From NCBI RefSeq assembly GCF_009914755.1, contig NC_060939.1: 64,000 nt of DNA. One strand, 5' to 3'. A program made the translations under genes and the position numbers. The notes under the pieces were generated by a model. That model was not told the DNA's origin and did no database searches. It saw only the letters and a list, made by a program, of their open reading frames with translations. The number at the start of each line of letters is the position of its first letter. The stretch's first letter is position 1. Positions 62,001-64,000 of the stretch are shown here, in pieces. This stretch comes from the human T2T-CHM13v2.0 reference genome, Homo sapiens.

Positions 62001-64000
62001 TTCATTTCTTATCCATTTCAAGCCATTCCACTCCATTCCATTCCACTCGTTTCCTTTCCATTCGAGTCCATTCCTCTCCAGTCCATTCCGTTCCATCCAT
62101 TCCATTCCAGTCCATTCCATTCGAGTCCGTTCCATTCCAGTCCATTCCATTCGAGTCAATTCCATTCCATTCGATGTCTTTCCATAACGATCCATTCCAT
62201 TCTATTCCTTTCGATTCCATTCCATTCTATTTCATTCCATTCGATTCCCTTCCATTGGACTCCTTTCCATTCGACTGCATTCCATTCCGTTCCATTTCTT
62301 TCCGTTCTGTACGATTCCTACCGTTCGATTTCATTTTGTTCCAGTCCATTCTTTCGCGTCCATTCCATTCCATTTCACTCCATTCGATTCCATTCCACTC
62401 GATTCCACTTCGTTCCATTTCATTGCATTCCATTCTATTCAACTCTATTGCCTTCCATTCCATTCCATTCGATTACATTCCATGCGATTCCATTCGAAAT
62501 CGAATCAATTACATTGCAATCCATTACTATTGAGTCCGTTTTATTCCAGTCCACTGCATTCTGGTCCATTCCATTTGATTCCATTCCATTCTATTCCATT
62601 CCATACAGTTGCATTCCATTGGATTCCATGCTATATCTATAAATTCAATTCGAGACCATTGCTTTTGAGTCCATTCTATATGATTCCATTCCATTCAAGT
62701 CCATTACATTTGGTTAAATTCCATTCCATTCGGTTCAATTCCATTCCATTCCATTCCCTTCCATTCCATTCCAGTTGATATCAATCCATTCGATTCCATT
62801 CCATTCGAGCACATTCCATTCGAGTCCATTCCATTCGATGCCATTCCATTTGATTCTATTCCATTAGTCTCCATTCAATTCCATTAATCTCCATTCCATT
62901 CCATTCTACTCCAACTGATTCCATTCCATTCTATTCCTTTCCATTCCATTTCATTCCATTCCATTCCATTGCATTCCATTCCATTCCATTCCATTCGTGT
63001 CCATTCCACTCCAGTCCATTCCATTTGTGTCCACTGCATTCCATTCCACTCCATTCCATATTATTCCATTACACTCCATTCCATTCTATTACTTTCATTT
63101 CCATTCAATTCCATTCCATTTGATTCCATTCCACTCGGTTTCATTCCATTTGAGTCCACTCCATTCCATTCCATTCCATTCAGTTCCATTCCATTCTGTT
63201 CCATTCCATTCCGTTCCATTACATTCCATTCCATTCGGTACCATTCCATATTTTTCCATTCGATTCCATTCGAATCCATTCCATTCCAGTCCATTCCATT
63301 CGATTCCATTCCATTCATTTCAATTCCATTCCATTCCATTCCATTACATTCCACTTGATTCCTCTCCATTCCCTTCCACTGCATTCCGTTCGATTCCATT
63401 CCATTGCATTGCATTCCATTCCATTGGATTGCATTCCATTCGATTCCATTCCATTCGAATCAATTACGTAGCAATCCATTACATTCGAGTCTATTCTCTT
63501 CCGTTCCATTCGATTTCGTTCCAATCCATTCGATTCCATTCCATTCGATTCCATTCCATACTATTGCATTCCATTCGATTACATTATATTCGAATAAGTT
63601 CCATTCAAGACCATTTCTTTTGAGTCCATTCTATTTGAGTCCATTCCCTTTGATTCCATAACATTTGAGTCCATTCAATTCCATTCCTTTCGTTTCCATT
63701 CCATTTGATGCCATTCCATTCAATTCTGTTCTACTCGACTCCAATACATTCAATTCCATTCCATCCGATTCCATTACATTCTTTTCATTTCTTATCCATT
63801 TCAAGCCATTCCACTCCATTCCATTCCACTCGTTTCCTTTCCATTCGAGTCCATTCCTCTCCAGTCCATTCCGTTCAATCCATTCCATTCCAGTCCATTC
63901 CATTCGAGTCCGTTCCATTCCAGTCCATTCCATTCGAGTCAATTCCATTCCATTCGATGTCTTTCCATAACGATCCATTCCATTCTATTCCTTTCGATTC
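59046..64000 (+). repeat. Return to 1.8-kb monomers; near-identical copy of ~43,307-48,261 (offset 15,739 bp)
   Basis: ORF starts 44084/59823, 45882/61621 and 47665/63404 all differ by 15,739. Shared rare variants at 43651/59390, 44401/60140 and 44601/60340. Confidence 0.93.

Larger units (their letters stand above)
1..64000 (+). repeat. Satellite III (HSat3)-type tandem array of diverged CATTC pentamers (GGAAT on the minus strand)
   Basis: Continuous CATTC pentamers with recurrent variants (CATTCGATTC, CATTCGAGTC, CCAGT, TGATT) from first to last base. G is very rare on +. No inversion or non-satellite insertion was seen. The HSat2-typical GATGAT/CATCAT motif is absent. Confidence 0.98.

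Noticed and set aside
1-64000. Hundreds of ORFs (60-285 aa) of the FHSIP / MEWNG type
   Set aside because: They are translations of CATTC/GGAAT repeats, which lack stop codons. They overlap in all frames, are frameshifted freely by 5-bp and 1-bp indels between copies, and have no domain-like content.
1-64000. CRISPR array or other prokaryotic repeat system
   Set aside because: There are no constant repeats separated by unique spacers and no cas-like or other real genes.
1-64000. HSat2 (e.g. the ~1.8-kb chr1 unit)
   Set aside because: It lacks the GATGAT/CATCAT-containing ~23-26 bp HSat2 motif, and long CATTCCATTC runs dominate.
1-64000. Inversions, or Alu/L1/alpha-satellite/telomeric insertions
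   Set aside because: No switch to GGAAT on + and no non-pentameric stretch longer than a few tens of bases was seen.
59046-64000. 15.7-kb duplication as a pure assembly artefact
   Set aside because: About six substitutions distinguish the copies and the upstream flanks differ. It is provisionally treated as real, pending read support.

Overview
The whole 64 kb window is one uninterrupted, single-orientation (CATTC)n/(GGAAT)n satellite array of the primate Satellite III (HSat3) type, with the C/T-rich strand on +. I see no genes, transposons, RNA genes or CRISPR arrays; the ORF track is an artefact of pentamer periodicity. The dominant unit is a ~1.8 kb monomer (1759-1814 bp) that almost always has one KpnI site. 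This fits the classical 1.8-kb KpnI satellite D15Z1 of chromosome 15p, though the assignment is inferred, not searched. Above the monomer there is nested structure: irregular multi-monomer duplications (offsets 18,003/18,023, 16,220 and 7,218 bp), three copies of a 3,572-bp dimer (~31.5-42.3 kb), three copies of a diverged ~3.45-kb unit (~48.7-59.05 kb), and a 15,739-bp-offset duplication. The most interesting observation is that the 1.8-kb monomer equals the 3.45-kb unit minus a ~1.69-kb segment bounded by a 23-bp direct repeat. The 3.45-kb unit is itself four ~0.6-1.0 kb subunits, so the window may preserve the ancestral unit from which the 1.8-kb repeat arose. I found no evidence of a new protein-coding system. 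All comparisons were made by eye and from ORF-track offsets, so block boundaries are approximate.
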